The notes under the pieces: model-generated | What the model saw: only the letters and a program-made list of their open reading frames with translations | What the model was told of the DNA's origin: nothing | Databases searched by the model: none | Assembly (NCBI GenBank): GCA_041630155.1 | Contig: JBFKLX010000005.1 | Location: 1-57,392 of the forward strand | Source of the DNA: Acidobacteriota bacterium | Lineage (GTDB): Bacteria; Acidobacteriota; UBA6911; RPQK01; JANQFM01 | Reading direction: 5' to 3' | Length of the DNA stretch: 57,392 nucleotides | Position numbers and translations under genes: made by a program | Shown: positions 1 through 10,438 of the stretch, piece by piece | How the letters are laid out: each line of letters opens with the position of its first letter | Position numbering within the stretch: position 1 is the stretch's first letter

Positions 1-397
1 CGATCGAGCCCCCTGAGGTCTTCAGATCGGCATCGAATTGCTCGGGCACGCTGATATCAAACTCCAGGCGCCGCTTGCTCCACCCAAACCAGCCGCTCCA
101 CCAGCTGCTGGAGCCCATGTCAAGGGTCACCCGGACCTCGTTCCGCCGGCTGTCGAACTCCAATTGCAGCGCGTCCTGGACGCGCTGCGAGTCCCGCCCG
201 CTGTAACTCACCAAGATGTCTACAGCTTCGTACGCACCTCCTCGCAGCGAGATCCGGCCAAAATCGGTCTTGACCACGAGTTTTCCGCCGGGCGCCGCCG
301 GGAAGGAACGATCGACCGTGAAGTCGGCTGCCGGCAGGACCGCCGAGGACCAGAGAAGAGCGCCGCAGAAAACCAGAGCACAAACAGGTCGCTTCAT
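1..397 (-). CDS. DUF4097-family (putative adhesin beta-repeat) exported protein, 5' part; runs off the window edge
   Basis: Not in the ORF track. Hand translation from ATG 397 gives MKRPVCALVFCGALLWSSAVLPAADFTVDRSFPAAPGGKLVVKTDFGRISL...LEFDISVPEQFDADLKTSGGSI. It has a signal peptide, a GGGAG RBS upstream and resembles the paralogues at 25401 and 33640. Confidence 0.85.
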   Translation of the reverse strand, partial: MKRPVCALVFCGALLWSSAVLPAADFTVDRSFPAAPGGKLVVKTDFGRISLRGGAYEAVDILVSYSGRDSQRVQDALQLEFDSRRNEVRVTLDMGSSSWWSGWFGWSKRRLEFDISVPEQFDADLKTSGGSI

Positions 398-446
398 ATC
401 GATTACTCCCAAAAGAAATCCTTCGAATCCTGAGCCTTCTGCTGGT

Positions 447-474
447 GTTACGCAGGCGTCCCGGCAAAAGTTCA
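447..474 (-). promoter_or_regulatory. Putative ECF sigma promoter for the DUF4097 gene
   Basis: Minus strand reads TGAAC-ttttgccgggacgcctg(17)-CGTAAC; same architecture as 25304-25330. Confidence 0.6.
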
Positions 475-729
475 ATCCTTCTGGGTCGGATTCCAAGACG
501 CGAACAAATCAATGTCCTCGCATCATGGCCGGCCTTGCCGACAGTGATCCCCTGCGGATTACCGGAGAGGGAGGCTGGCGAGGCGCCTGAGGTGGCATCA
601 GAGGAGGCTCACGACATTGGCTGCCCGAACCCGGTTTTTTTCAAAACCGCGATTGGTATATCGTGGGCGGGTTTGAACGGGCCTCGGACGGGGCCTTCAA
701 TGATGTTTTCTTCAACAGGATGGCAAGGT

Positions 730-3228
730 ATGCGTTTGTCAAAAACAACCTGGCTGGGCGTGATTGGGTGGCTATTGATCGGGGTGCTACCCGCTCAGCC
801 CGAATCGACGGTTCAGAGCATCGAGGACGTCACCGGCGGCTTCCAGAAAAACGAGGGATTCTTCACCTTCTACTGGGACGAAGCCGGGGGGAGGATTTGG
901 CTGGAGATCGACCGATTCGAGCAGGAGTTCCTCTACGTCAACTCACTGGCAACCGGCCTGGGCTCGAACCCAGTGGGCCTCGACCGCAGCCAGCTGGGCC
1001 GGGACCGAGTCGTCCGGTTCGAGCGTTCCGGACCCCGCGTGCTGCTGGCGCAACGCAACCTGGATTATCGGGCTGAGACCGAAAACGCTGACGAGCGCAG
1101 GGCGGTTCAGGAGTCCTTTGCCGAGTCCATCCTGTGGGGAACCGAGGTCAAGGCACGGACCGGTGACCGGGTCCTGGTCGACGCCACCGACCTGCTGATG
1201 CAGGACGCGCACGGTGTCACCGCCCGCTTGCTGCGGTCCCGGCAGGGAACCTTCACCCTGGACCGCTCCCGCAGTGCCGTCTACTTGCCGCGCACCAGGG
1301 CTTTCCCCAGCAACACGGAATTCGAGGTCCTCCTGACGTTTGCCTCCAGTCAGCCAGGGCCGCTGGTCCGAGAGGTGACCCCCAGCCCTGAATCTGTGAC
1401 CCTGCGCCAGCACCATTCCTTCATCCAGTTGCCCGAGTCCGGTTACCGGCCTCGGGCGTTCGATCCCCGCTCCGGAGCCATTTCAATCAGCTACTCGGAC
1501 TACGCGACGGCCCTGGACCAACCCCTGGAAAAGCGTTTGGTGCTGCGGCACCGACTGGAGAAGAAGGACCCCTCGGCAGACGTCTCCGAACCGCTCGAAC
1601 CCATCGTTTACTACCTGGACCGCGGCGCCCCGGAGCCGGTGCGCAGCGCACTTCTGGAAGGCGCGAGTTGGTGGAATCAAGCTTTCGAAGCGGCCGGCTT
1701 CCAAGATGCTTTTCGAGTCGAAGTCCTGCCCGAGGGCGCTGATCCCCTCGACGTCCGCTACAACGTGATTCAATGGGTGCACCGTTCCACCCGGGGGTGG
1801 TCCTACGGGAGTTCGGTGGTCGATCCCCGCACTGGAGAGATCCTCAAGGGACACGTCCAGCTGGGTTCGCTGAGGGTGCGGCAGGATCGGATGATCATCG
1901 AGGGGCTCCAACCCCTGTTCAACGGCAGCGGCCAGGCCGCCAACTGTGCGCAGACGTTAGGGATCGAGACAGAGGCCTTGGCGGCGTTCGATCCCGAGAC
2001 CAGCCCGGTGGAGGTGGCGTTGGCTCGGATCCGCCAGCTGTCCGCCCACGAGGTCGGGCATACGCTGGGCTTCGCCCATAATTTCGCAGCCAGCTCCTAC
2101 GGCCGGGCCTCCGTGATGGACTATCCGGCTCCCCTCGTTCGAGTCACTGCTGAGGGAAAGCTGGACCTGAGTGAGGCCTACGCTGTGGGGATCGGCACCT
2201 GGGACAAACAAGCCGTCCGATACAGCTACAGCATTTTCTCCCAAGACACCGACGAGGCGGATGGACTTCGGGCCGTCATCGACGAGAACATTCGCCAGGG
2301 CTGGTACTTCCTGAGTGACGCTGACGCCCGGCCGCAGAGTGCCGCCCAGCCCATCGCCAGCCTCTGGGACAACGGCGCCGATCCGGTGGCTGCTTTGCGG
2401 CAGGTGATGCGAGTGCGGAGGATCGCACTCGACAGCTTCAGCGAACGAAACATTCCGGAAGGCCGGCCGCTGTCCGATCTGCAGAGCGGCTTCGTCCCGC
2501 TCTACCTGTATCACCGGTATCAGGTAGAGGCCACCTCCAAACTGATCGGTGGAGTCTCCTACCACTACAAAGTCCGTGGAGACGGCCTGCCTTCGGCCAG
2601 CCCCGTGCCGCCGCAACACCAGCGAGCTGCGCTGGAGGCGGTGTTGGACACATTGTCACCGGCAGAGCTGGCGATACCGCGTCGCTTGAACCTGCTGCTG
2701 CATCCCCTGGCCTACGGAAGTTCCGATCGTCGCGAACTCTTTCCTTCTCGACTGGACCCGATTTTCGATCCGCTCGCAGCTGCCGAGACTGCTGCCGGCA
2801 CGACACTCGATTTCCTGCTCAATCCCGGGCGGGCCGGCCGGCTCCAGCTGTGGCACTCCTACGAAACGGAAATTCCCAGTCTCGCGGAGGTCTTGGATCG
2901 GCTGCTGGAAGTGACCTGGAAAGCCCCCACACCAGGAAACGCGACCGAGGCGGCCACGGCCCGAACCGTCGAGCGGACCGTCCTGGGCAAGCTGCTAAGC
3001 CTGGCCGGGCTGGACGAAGCCTCTCCGGATGTCCGCTCCATCACCAGCCTGAAGCTGGCCGAACTGGCCGAATGGCTGGCTGAGCAGGAGTTCGCTGATG
3101 CTTTGGAGCGAGGCCACACAGAGGAGGCAATTCGGGAGATCTCCAGCTTCACTGCCAGACCCTACCCGCCAGCCACCCCTCCGGCGTCGCTGGAAGCCCC
3201 TCCGGGCAGCCCGATCGGCCAGCCCTGA
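730..3228 (+). CDS. Exported zinc-dependent metalloprotease (DUF5117/DUF4953, EcxA-like metzincin)
   Basis: HEVGHTLGFAHNF zinc motif, SVMDYP Met-turn and DPRTGEI motif. Signal peptide from ATG 730 (MRLSKTTWLGVIGWLLIGVLPA). Confidence 0.9.
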   Translation: MRLSKTTWLGVIGWLLIGVLPAQPESTVQSIEDVTGGFQKNEGFFTFYWDEAGGRIWLEIDRFEQEFLYVNSLATGLGSNPVGLDRSQLGRDRVVRFERSGPRVLLAQRNLDYRAETENADERRAVQESFAESILWGTEVKARTGDRVLVDATDLLMQDAHGVTARLLRSRQGTFTLDRSRSAVYLPRTRAFPSNTEFEVLLTFASSQPGPLVREVTPSPESVTLRQHHSFIQLPESGYRPRAFDPRSGAISISYSDYATALDQPLEKRLVLRHRLEKKDPSADVSEPLEPIVYYLDRGAPEPVRSALLEGASWWNQAFEAAGFQDAFRVEVLPEGADPLDVRYNVIQWVHRSTRGWSYGSSVVDPRTGEILKGHVQLGSLRVRQDRMIIEGLQPLFNGSGQAANCAQTLGIETEALAAFDPETSPVEVALARIRQLSAHEVGHTLGFAHNFAASSYGRASVMDYPAPLVRVTAEGKLDLSEAYAVGIGTWDKQAVRYSYSIFSQDTDEADGLRAVIDENIRQGWYFLSDADARPQSAAQPIASLWDNGADPVAALRQVMRVRRIALDSFSERNIPEGRPLSDLQSGFVPLYLYHRYQVEATSKLIGGVSYHYKVRGDGLPSASPVPPQHQRAALEAVLDTLSPAELAIPRRLNLLLHPLAYGSSDRRELFPSRLDPIFDPLAAAETAAGTTLDFLLNPGRAGRLQLWHSYETEIPSLAEVLDRLLEVTWKAPTPGNATEAATARTVERTVLGKLLSLAGLDEASPDVRSITSLKLAELAEWLAEQEFADALERGHTEEAIREISSFTARPYPPATPPASLEAPPGSPIGQP

Positions 3229-3284
3229 AGGTGCCGGCCCGAATTGCTCAGGCGCCGGCTTCGATCAGTGCCGGACCTCCTGGT

Positions 3285-4367
3285 TCACTTCGACAACTGC
3301 TCGAGATGCGGATCACTCTCGATGATCGGCTTCGCCAACAAACGACTGAAGGAAAAAGAGAGGATGAAGACGAGCACCACACTGAACAACACCAGCCAGA
3401 GAAAGTTGGTGTGAATGTCGAGAAAACCCGCGTAGGCTTCCCGGTAGGGTTGGCGCACCACCAGATACCAGTCCAATTCTGGATAGGTGTCCTTCAAGCG
3501 GCCGCGGGGCAACCCGACGAAACTGCGATCCGAGCCCTCTCCCACTTCGACCGAGAATCGCTGGTTTGCGACCGCAGCTCGAACCTCGTCGAAATAGGGA
3601 AATGCCACCTGCCGTTCGACTGTCAGATCACGGCTCACGACGACCAGGCCGTCGGCCCGGAGCAAGCTCGCCTGGCCTCCCCCGCTCACCTCGATCGAGT
3701 TGACGAGGCCAAAAATCTCTTGAGCATCCACCAACACCTTGACCACCCCCACACAGGAGTTGGTGGCGTTGTCGATGATGGGTTCGGCAATCTCTACAGC
3801 GTAGGCACCGACGCTGGGGTCGAAGTGCAGGTCCCCCAGGAAGTGCCCCCCCTCTCCTTGCCGATACGCATAGGCCCACCAGCGCTCATCTCCCTGGAAG
3901 TAGTCCTCGGTCTTGTTGGTGGCCGCAACCGTGCGTCCCAGGATGTCCGTGACGATGATCTCCCGGAATGAAGGTACCAGGGCGGTGTAGTCTCGCAGGA
4001 AGCGCGAGGCAGGATTGCCCAGCAGATTCCGCAAGACCGGCGACTTGTTGACATCCAGCCCGTCCCACTCTTGTTCCAGCCTTTTTTGAGCATCGGTCAG
4101 GTCCTGAGCACCGGACCGCAAGACTTCCTGCCGGATCTCGGGCACGGTTCCCAGAGCCGCGACTTGGACGATCAGCCGCTGCAAGTAATTGCTGAGAGTC
4201 ACCTGAGCGTTGTCGGCAAGCTCGCTGAGGTGTTGATTGTTCGAGGCGATGTAGTCGGCCCGAGCACCGTAAATCAACACCAGCGAGCCCACGCCCAGGG
4301 GTAGGAGCCCAAGCACCATGAAGAGAATCAGGATTTTTGGGTCGAGTCGGGACTTTTTTTTCGCCAT
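3285..4367 (-). CDS. Two-TM membrane protein with an extracytoplasmic dCache/PDC sensor domain and no cytoplasmic output domain
   Basis: TM1, long helix, cache motifs (EIIVTDILGRTVAA, DYFQGDERWW, VGVVKVLVD, WYLVVRQP), TM2, then only ~15 residues. GGAGG RBS before ATG 4367. Confidence 0.8.
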   Translation of the reverse strand: MAKKKSRLDPKILILFMVLGLLPLGVGSLVLIYGARADYIASNNQHLSELADNAQVTLSNYLQRLIVQVAALGTVPEIRQEVLRSGAQDLTDAQKRLEQEWDGLDVNKSPVLRNLLGNPASRFLRDYTALVPSFREIIVTDILGRTVAATNKTEDYFQGDERWWAYAYRQGEGGHFLGDLHFDPSVGAYAVEIAEPIIDNATNSCVGVVKVLVDAQEIFGLVNSIEVSGGGQASLLRADGLVVVSRDLTVERQVAFPYFDEVRAAVANQRFSVEVGEGSDRSFVGLPRGRLKDTYPELDWYLVVRQPYREAYAGFLDIHTNFLWLVLFSVVLVFILSFSFSRLLAKPIIESDPHLEQLSK

Positions 4368-4420
4368 CGTACCTCCCACGGAGCAGAGTCAAAATGTCAA
4401 AAATCGAGGCCGGAATCGGT

Positions 4421-4448
4421 GTTACGGGCAACGTACCAACCGCTTTCA
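4421..4448 (-). promoter_or_regulatory. Possible ECF promoter for the dCache gene
   Basis: TGAAA-N17-CGTAACACC; the CGTAACACC segment is identical to the one in the 447-474 promoter. Confidence 0.4.
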
Positions 4449-4516
4449 ATTGTAGTCACAGCCTTCAAAATTTTCAAGAAGAACTCATGAAAAGACAAGC
4501 ACTTAGCCTCACGAAA

Positions 4517-5362
4517 TCAATAAAAGCGGAGACTGATCCCGCCCACTACCGTCCAGTCCGCGGTCTCGCTCGTGAGGCCACGGATCAAGGAGAGATCCAA
4601 CTGGAGATCGTTGGTCAGAATGTGCGTAACGCCCCCATCCACCACGAGTGTTGAGCCCACCCCGTCGGTGCTCGACGCCGTCCCGGCCACCTCCAGGAAC
4701 CACCCACTCCGCTGCCCCAGACTTCGGCCCAGAGCGACAGCGTAGAAGACCTCCTGGAAATGCTCGCCGGCGTCTGAATCAAAGGGGAAGCTCACACCAA
4801 TGTTGGTGGACAGCGTGGTCTCGCCGTCGAGGGCGAAATCGGACGCGAGAACCAAGCCCGGCTCCGGCTCATCCGGGCGAAAAGGCCTCGAACCGGCCGG
4901 CAGGTTCAAGGAGAAAAGGAGGGCCAGGGAGGGTGCGCTGGATTGCTCGCTTGCCTCGGCGAACCGCCATTTCAGACCGACCGCCGGACTGGAGATCCCC
5001 GATCGGCTGGAGCGCGAGTTCATCGTTGTCTCCTGGAGACGAGGAACGGCAGTCGTCGACACCCGGAACTCCAAGCTTCGCAGCAACCCCAGACGCAGAA
5101 CTACCGGCGCCAGGATGGCCTCGCTCTCAAGACCGCCAGCCTCATTTCGCTCAAAACCCAGTCCGGCCTCGATCTGAAAAACCCCAGGCGGCATCACGTA
5201 GGTGCCACAGTAGAGTCCAGGCCGGTCGGTGACCAAGGGGGGAAGAGGGTTGCTCTGGGCAGGCAGGACAATCGTGCTCGCCCCCATCGCGAAGAGTCCG
5301 AACAGGAGCCGCGCGGGGCGCTCCCAAAGCACCGGCAGTCGGCCTCTCGCAATTCCCTGCAT
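4517..5362 (-). CDS. Outer-membrane beta-barrel 'transporter' (Phenol_MetA_deg-like)
   Basis: Signal peptide, LVTDRPG motif, amphipathic beta-strands and a C-terminal aromatic end (ISLRFY). Confidence 0.75.
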   Translation of the reverse strand: MQGIARGRLPVLWERPARLLFGLFAMGASTIVLPAQSNPLPPLVTDRPGLYCGTYVMPPGVFQIEAGLGFERNEAGGLESEAILAPVVLRLGLLRSLEFRVSTTAVPRLQETTMNSRSSRSGISSPAVGLKWRFAEASEQSSAPSLALLFSLNLPAGSRPFRPDEPEPGLVLASDFALDGETTLSTNIGVSFPFDSDAGEHFQEVFYAVALGRSLGQRSGWFLEVAGTASSTDGVGSTLVVDGGVTHILTNDLQLDLSLIRGLTSETADWTVVGGISLRFY

Positions 5363-5559
5363 CTACCATCCTTTCCGTCTGCGATCTTTGAAAAGTGGCT
5401 GGAGTGGACTGTTGGGTCGGGCTCCTCGCTACCCGAATTGCTCGCCCGGATCCTCCCCCGGCCCGGACGTTCAATCATAGACGAGAGCCAGGGCCAGCCG
5501 CCACGCCCCCCCCGATTTCACCCCTGGAGACCCAATCATGATCGATCTATCATGGGTTC

Positions 5560-5955
5560 ATGAAACAGGTACTGTCGGTCCGAACCAGCCGCGGGATGGA
5601 AATGCGCGAAATCACGGCCGAGGTTCAAAAAACGGTTCGCGAACAAGGCCTCGAAAACGGTTTCTGCATCGTCTACTGCCCTCACACGACGGCGGGACTC
5701 GCCATCAACGAAAACGCCGATCCGGACGTTTGCTCGGACCTGGTTCGCGCCTTCGAAGCTGCAGTGCCCAAGGTGCGGTTCGATCATGCGGAAGGGAACT
5801 CCCCTGCCCACTTCCTGTCGTGCCTGGTCGGCAGCTCCGTGCAGCTCCTCGTCGAGAACGACCGCCTTCAGCTGGGGCGCTGGCAGGGAATATTCTTCTG
5901 CGAATTCGACGGCCCCCGGGAGCGCTCCGTCTGGGTCCGCTGCGTGGAGGGTTAG
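5560..5955 (+). CDS. yjbQ: YjbQ/UPF0047 secondary thiamine-phosphate synthase family
   Basis: PHTTAGLAINENADPDV, HAEGNSPAH and LGRWQGIFFCEFDGPRER motifs. Confidence 0.92.
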   Translation: MKQVLSVRTSRGMEMREITAEVQKTVREQGLENGFCIVYCPHTTAGLAINENADPDVCSDLVRAFEAAVPKVRFDHAEGNSPAHFLSCLVGSSVQLLVENDRLQLGRWQGIFFCEFDGPRERSVWVRCVEG

Positions 5956-6005
5956 GGAAACGCAGGACTCAGGGCGTTGGGCTCAGGAGTTTCTTGCGGC
6001 GGCAA

Positions 6006-7007
6006 CTAGTCGCGGGCGAAGGCGGCATCGAAGGCTGCTGCGGCCGGTTCGAAGTCGAGACGCTTGACGAAAGCGGCGGCTTCGCTCGCGCCGTGCTCCC
6101 GGTCCATTCCGGGATCCTCCCATTCCACCGAAAGCGGACCTGCATAGCCGATCTGGTTGAGCACCCGAATGATTTCCTCGAAGCGGATACACCCCCTTCC
6201 CAGCGAACGGAAGTCCCAGAAGCGATCGGGATGCCCAAAGGGCAGATGCCCGCCAAAAACTCCAGACCGGGTGGGCCTCGAAGACCAGTACACGTCCTTC
6301 ATGTGCACGTGGTAGATGCGGTCTGAGAACTCGCGCAAGAACGCCACGTAGTCCACGCCCTGGTAACCCAGGTGGCTGGGATCGTAGTTGAATCCGAAAG
6401 CGGGCCGCCGATCGACTGCTTCCAGGGCGCGTCGGGCGCTGGACAGGTCGAAGGCGATTTCGGTGGGATGGACCTCCAATGCAAACCGCACCCCCACCTC
6501 GTCGAACACGTCCAGGATCGGGTCCCAGCGTTCGGCGAAATCCTGAAATCCAGCTTCGATCGTGGCGGGGTCGACGGGCGGAAACGAGTACAGCAGGTGC
6601 CAAATCCCGCTCCCGACGAATCCATTGACCACCTTCACTCCCAGGCGAGCTGCCGCCCGGGCGGTAGCCTTCATCTCCTCGGCCGCACGCTCCCGCACTG
6701 CTTCCGGATTGCCGTCACCCCACACGTGCGGCGGCAGAATCGAACGATGCCTCTCGTCGATCTTGTCACAGACGGCCTGACCCACCAGGTGGTTGCTGAT
6801 CGCAACGCACTGCAGGTCGTGAGAGCGCAGCACTTCCCACCTGCCCGCACAATAGTCGGTTTCCCCCAGGGCCCGGCCAACCTCGAAATGATCCCCCCAG
6901 CAGGCCAGCTCCACACCGTCGTACCCGAACTGGCGGGCCTTTTGGCATATCGTCGCAAAGTCCAGGTCCGCCCATTGCCCCGTGAAAAGAGTCACCGCTC
7001 GCGCCAT
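6006..7007 (-). CDS. Sugar phosphate isomerase/epimerase (xylose-isomerase-like TIM barrel)
   Basis: [34 protein letters not shown] and LSVEWED metal motifs; start moved to ATG 7007. Confidence 0.88.
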   Translation of the reverse strand: MARAVTLFTGQWADLDFATICQKARQFGYDGVELACWGDHFEVGRALGETDYCAGRWEVLRSHDLQCVAISNHLVGQAVCDKIDERHRSILPPHVWGDGNPEAVRERAAEEMKATARAAARLGVKVVNGFVGSGIWHLLYSFPPVDPATIEAGFQDFAERWDPILDVFDEVGVRFALEVHPTEIAFDLSSARRALEAVDRRPAFGFNYDPSHLGYQGVDYVAFLREFSDRIYHVHMKDVYWSSRPTRSGVFGGHLPFGHPDRFWDFRSLGRGCIRFEEIIRVLNQIGYAGPLSVEWEDPGMDREHGASEAAAFVKRLDFEPAAAAFDAAFARD

Positions 7008-7166
7008 CTCGTCGTCCTTTCCATTTGCGGTTTCGCAGATTAGCATGGCGCCTGCGAAATCCCAAGTTGGGCCTCCAGCCGAGAGCCCTCCGGCGGGCTG
7101 TGCCGGCGGCTCGCACCTGCCCTGCCTGCTTTGCGAGGCCCTGCAATTTTGACTAAGATGTCTCTC

Positions 7167-8012
7167 ATGGAACCGATCACAGCGCACGAGGGGTGGTTCG
7201 TACTACACCTCTACTACCGAATCGAAAGGGAGAATTGGGATTCTGTCGAGACCGAGGATAGAAGACGAACGCTCGACGAATTCCGGCAACTCATGGACGA
7301 TTTCCGTGCGGGCAAGAACTGTCAGGCCTATTGCTACTCCGTCTGGGGACACAAGGCCGACTTCGGCGTGATACTGGTCGACCCCGACCTGGATCATCTC
7401 AACCAGGCCGAGAACGACCTGCTCTCCTGCTTTCCCCCCGGCACGCTCGATGTGGTTCGGTCGTTCACGTCGATGAGCGAAATCTCCGAATACATTTCCC
7501 AGGAGCGTGACTACGACCGCACCCTCCGGGAAAAAGAAGGCCTGGAGCCGGGCTCACCGGCCTACGAAGAGAAGATGAACGCGTTTCGCGAGCGGATCCA
7601 GGTCTACATCGATGAGCGGTTGAAGCCCGAGCTGCCCGAACACCGGCTGATGTGTTTCTACCCCATGAACAAAGCCCGCCGCGACGGGGCCAACTGGTAC
7701 ATGCTGGATTTCGATAAACGCAAGCAATTGATGGGCGGACACATGATGACCGGACGCAAGTTCGCCGGCAAAGTCAAACAGCTCGTCACCGGCTCCATCG
7801 GGCTGGACGACTGGGAGTGGGGCGTCACTCTCTTCGCCGATGACCCCTACTACTTCAAGAAAATCCTCTACGAAATGCGCTACGACGAGGTCAGCGCCGC
7901 CTACGGCGAGTTCGGGGAGTTCCTGGTGGGCATCAATCTCGAACCCGAAGAACTCTTCCAGAGGCTGCGCCTGACCGAGAGGGTCGGAAGCCCTGTGGGT
8001 TTCCGACCCTGA
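7167..8012 (+). CDS. hemQ: Coproheme decarboxylase (ChdC/HemQ, chlorite dismutase family)
   Basis: EGWFVLH, GHKADF, CFYPMNK, NWYML, proximal His (MGGH), [15 protein letters not shown] and [16 protein letters not shown] motifs. Confidence 0.88.
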   Translation: MEPITAHEGWFVLHLYYRIERENWDSVETEDRRRTLDEFRQLMDDFRAGKNCQAYCYSVWGHKADFGVILVDPDLDHLNQAENDLLSCFPPGTLDVVRSFTSMSEISEYISQERDYDRTLREKEGLEPGSPAYEEKMNAFRERIQVYIDERLKPELPEHRLMCFYPMNKARRDGANWYMLDFDKRKQLMGGHMMTGRKFAGKVKQLVTGSIGLDDWEWGVTLFADDPYYFKKILYEMRYDEVSAAYGEFGEFLVGINLEPEELFQRLRLTERVGSPVGFRP

Positions 8013-8054
8013 GCCGTCGCAACCTTCGGAGTTACGTCGGGCTCTGGAAAACCT

Positions 8055-8084
8055 CGAGAATCACCGGCAAGATCCCGGTTTCAC
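8055..8084 (+). repeat. REP-like intergenic palindrome, copy 1
   Basis: GAGAATCACCGGCAAGATCCCGGTTTTCAC; core TCACCGGCAAGAT. Confidence 0.6.
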
Positions 8085-8096
8085 ACGCACTCCGTT

Positions 8097-9497
8097 CTAC
8101 GCCCCCTCCAGCCAGCCCGAAGGCTGCCTCGAATGCCAGTTCGTCCTTTGTTGATACCAATGGCCCAAGGCGAAGAGGCTTGCCTCCTGATTGAACCCGG
8201 CGATGAGTTGCATGGACAACGGCAGCCCGTCCCGGGAAAAGCCGCAGGGGAGCGCCAGGGCGGGTACGCCCGCCACATTCTGGGGGGCGTTCATGCGGAC
8301 CAGGTTTTCGACGATTGGCTCTTGCTCCCCGTTGATCGACAGGTGTCCCTGCCCCACCCGCGGCGGCAGGCTGGGGACGGTGGCTCCGACCAGGCAGTCG
8401 ACCCGGCGAAACGCCTCACGGAACGACTCGATCAGTCCGCGGCGCAGGTGCAACGCCTCTGCCATTTGGACGCCGCTGATCGTCTCCCCCTGGCGCAGCC
8501 GCTCCAGGACCGCGGGATCGTAAGCCTGAGGCTTGTCGCGGATGAATTTGCGATGATACGCTAGGGCCTCGCTGGCAGCCAGGATCCGCGAGGCCTCGAG
8601 CGCCTCGTCGATGGAGGGGATGGAAACGGGATACAACTGGAAGCCGTGCTTCTCGAACGCCTCCACTGCTTCGTCCAAAGCGTCCTTCGTCTCGCCATCG
8701 AGTCGGGTCCAGTAGTAGTCGCACACTCCCAAGCGGAGTCGCAGCTTCCAACTGCCCGGAGAAAGCGCGGCTAGATAGTCGGTTCTGCCGCGGGGGCGAA
8801 GCACCTGAAACAGCAGCGCCGCGTCGCGCACGCGGCGGACGATGGGGCCGGCGTGATCCAGGGTCCAGCTGAGCGGGAGAACTCCCTCCAGCGGGATCGT
8901 ACCGAGAGTGGGTTTCAGTCCCACCAGGCCGCAAAAGGCGGAGGGAATCCGCACCGAGCCGCGCGTGTCCGTCCCGATGGAGGCGAGGCACATACCAGCG
9001 GCTACCGAAACGGCCGACCCACCGCTGGACCCGCCGGAAACCCGGTCCGGATCCCAAGGATTCCGGGCGGGACCGAAGTGAGCATTCTCATTGGTGACTC
9101 CGAAGGCGAATTCGTGCAGGTGCGCCTTGCCGACCACGACCGCCCCGGCGCGCCGCAGCGCCCGCACCAGGAGGGCGTCTTTCTTCGAAGTCAATCCGGT
9201 CCCGAACACCCGTGAACCCGCCGTGGTGGGGAGGTCCCGCGTCAAAATCAAGTCCTTGATCGACACCGGAACTCCCGCCAGGGGACCCACGGACTGCCCG
9301 GCTCGCACTTTCCTTTCAATGGCGAAAGCAGCGTCCAGCGCTGTCGGAGATAAGGAAATAAGCGCGTTCAATCGTGGATTGCAGCGTTCGATTTGTTGCA
9401 GCGCCGCCCGGACGACATCAGTGGGTGAGAGTTTCCCGTGCCGGATCGCGCGGGCAGTTCCTTCAACGGACGAGAAGAGATCCCAGCCTTGCTTCAT
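8097..9497 (-). CDS. Amidase-signature family protein (GatA-like)
   Basis: GVPVSIKDL (Lys), SGGSSGGSA and IGTDTRGSVRIP catalytic triad motifs; start moved to ATG 9497. Confidence 0.9.
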   Translation of the reverse strand: MKQGWDLFSSVEGTARAIRHGKLSPTDVVRAALQQIERCNPRLNALISLSPTALDAAFAIERKVRAGQSVGPLAGVPVSIKDLILTRDLPTTAGSRVFGTGLTSKKDALLVRALRRAGAVVVGKAHLHEFAFGVTNENAHFGPARNPWDPDRVSGGSSGGSAVSVAAGMCLASIGTDTRGSVRIPSAFCGLVGLKPTLGTIPLEGVLPLSWTLDHAGPIVRRVRDAALLFQVLRPRGRTDYLAALSPGSWKLRLRLGVCDYYWTRLDGETKDALDEAVEAFEKHGFQLYPVSIPSIDEALEASRILAASEALAYHRKFIRDKPQAYDPAVLERLRQGETISGVQMAEALHLRRGLIESFREAFRRVDCLVGATVPSLPPRVGQGHLSINGEQEPIVENLVRMNAPQNVAGVPALALPCGFSRDGLPLSMQLIAGFNQEASLFALGHWYQQRTNWHSRQPSGWLEGA

Positions 9498-9753
9498 GGC
9501 GGCTCCATTTTGACTCGGAGGGAACCTCAGCGAAAGAGCCCGACGGCCGGGCCCTGGTGGTGGGGGGCGGGCATGGCGAGCAGCGGTCTCCCCGGGTGTC
9601 GCTCTGGTAGATTCGAATTCGGCTTCGAGATCACAGGGAGGCTTGTTGCGATGGGTCGAGTCGGGCTCCCCACTTCGAAGCAGGCCCCGCGCATTGCCCG
9701 CCGCTTCGCGAGCCCTGAGCCTTCGGGTTAGAATCATTCCTTTGCGAGGCTCT

Positions 9754-10374
9754 ATGAATTTGAATCAATCCGCGTCGACCGACTTCGTCTTCGACCTGGG
9801 TGGTGTGCTCATCGATTGGAACCCGCGCCATCTGTACCGAAAGCTCTTCGCCGACGAGTCCGACATGGAGGCTTTCCTGGGACGTGTCTGCACCCCCGAG
9901 TGGAACAGCCGGCAGGACGAGGGGCGTTCGCTGAACGAGGCCACCGAAGAGCTGGTCCACCGATTCCCCGAACAGGAAGCGCTGATTCGGGCCTACTACC
10001 AACGCTGGGAAGAGATGATCGGGGGGGAGATCAGCGGCACCGTCAAGATCCTGAAACGCCTCCGCGAACGGAGCCGCACTCTGTACGCCCTGAGCAACTG
10101 GTCGGCTGAGACCTTCCCGCGCGTGCGGAGCCGCTTCCAGTTTCTGCAATGGTTCGACGACATTCTTCTTTCGGGGGCTGCCGGTGTTCGAAAACCGGAC
10201 GCGGAAATCTTCCAGCAGTTTCTGACGCGGATCGACCGGCGCGCGCCCGACTGTCTGTTCATCGACGACAGCTTGGAAAACGTCGAAGCCGCCTGCAGAC
10301 TCGGCTTTCAAACCATCCACTTCGCATCGCCGGAGCAGCTCGAAGGAGAACTGGTAGGGCGAAAACTACTCTGA
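9754..10374 (+). CDS. HAD-superfamily phosphatase (sEH-N-like subfamily)
   Basis: FDLGGVLIDW, LSNW, RKPD and FIDDSLENV motifs I-IV. Confidence 0.9.
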   Translation: MNLNQSASTDFVFDLGGVLIDWNPRHLYRKLFADESDMEAFLGRVCTPEWNSRQDEGRSLNEATEELVHRFPEQEALIRAYYQRWEEMIGGEISGTVKILKRLRERSRTLYALSNWSAETFPRVRSRFQFLQWFDDILLSGAAGVRKPDAEIFQQFLTRIDRRAPDCLFIDDSLENVEAACRLGFQTIHFASPEQLEGELVGRKLL

Positions 10375-10438
10375 GTTCACGCTCGAGTACGCCCTACGTT
10401 CCAACCTGTGCCTCGAGCCTTCTTCCGAATTTCTGAGA

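Noticed and set aside
38-433. 131-aa plus-strand ORF in the track
   Set aside because: It is the antisense shadow of the real minus-strand DUF4097 gene starting at 397.
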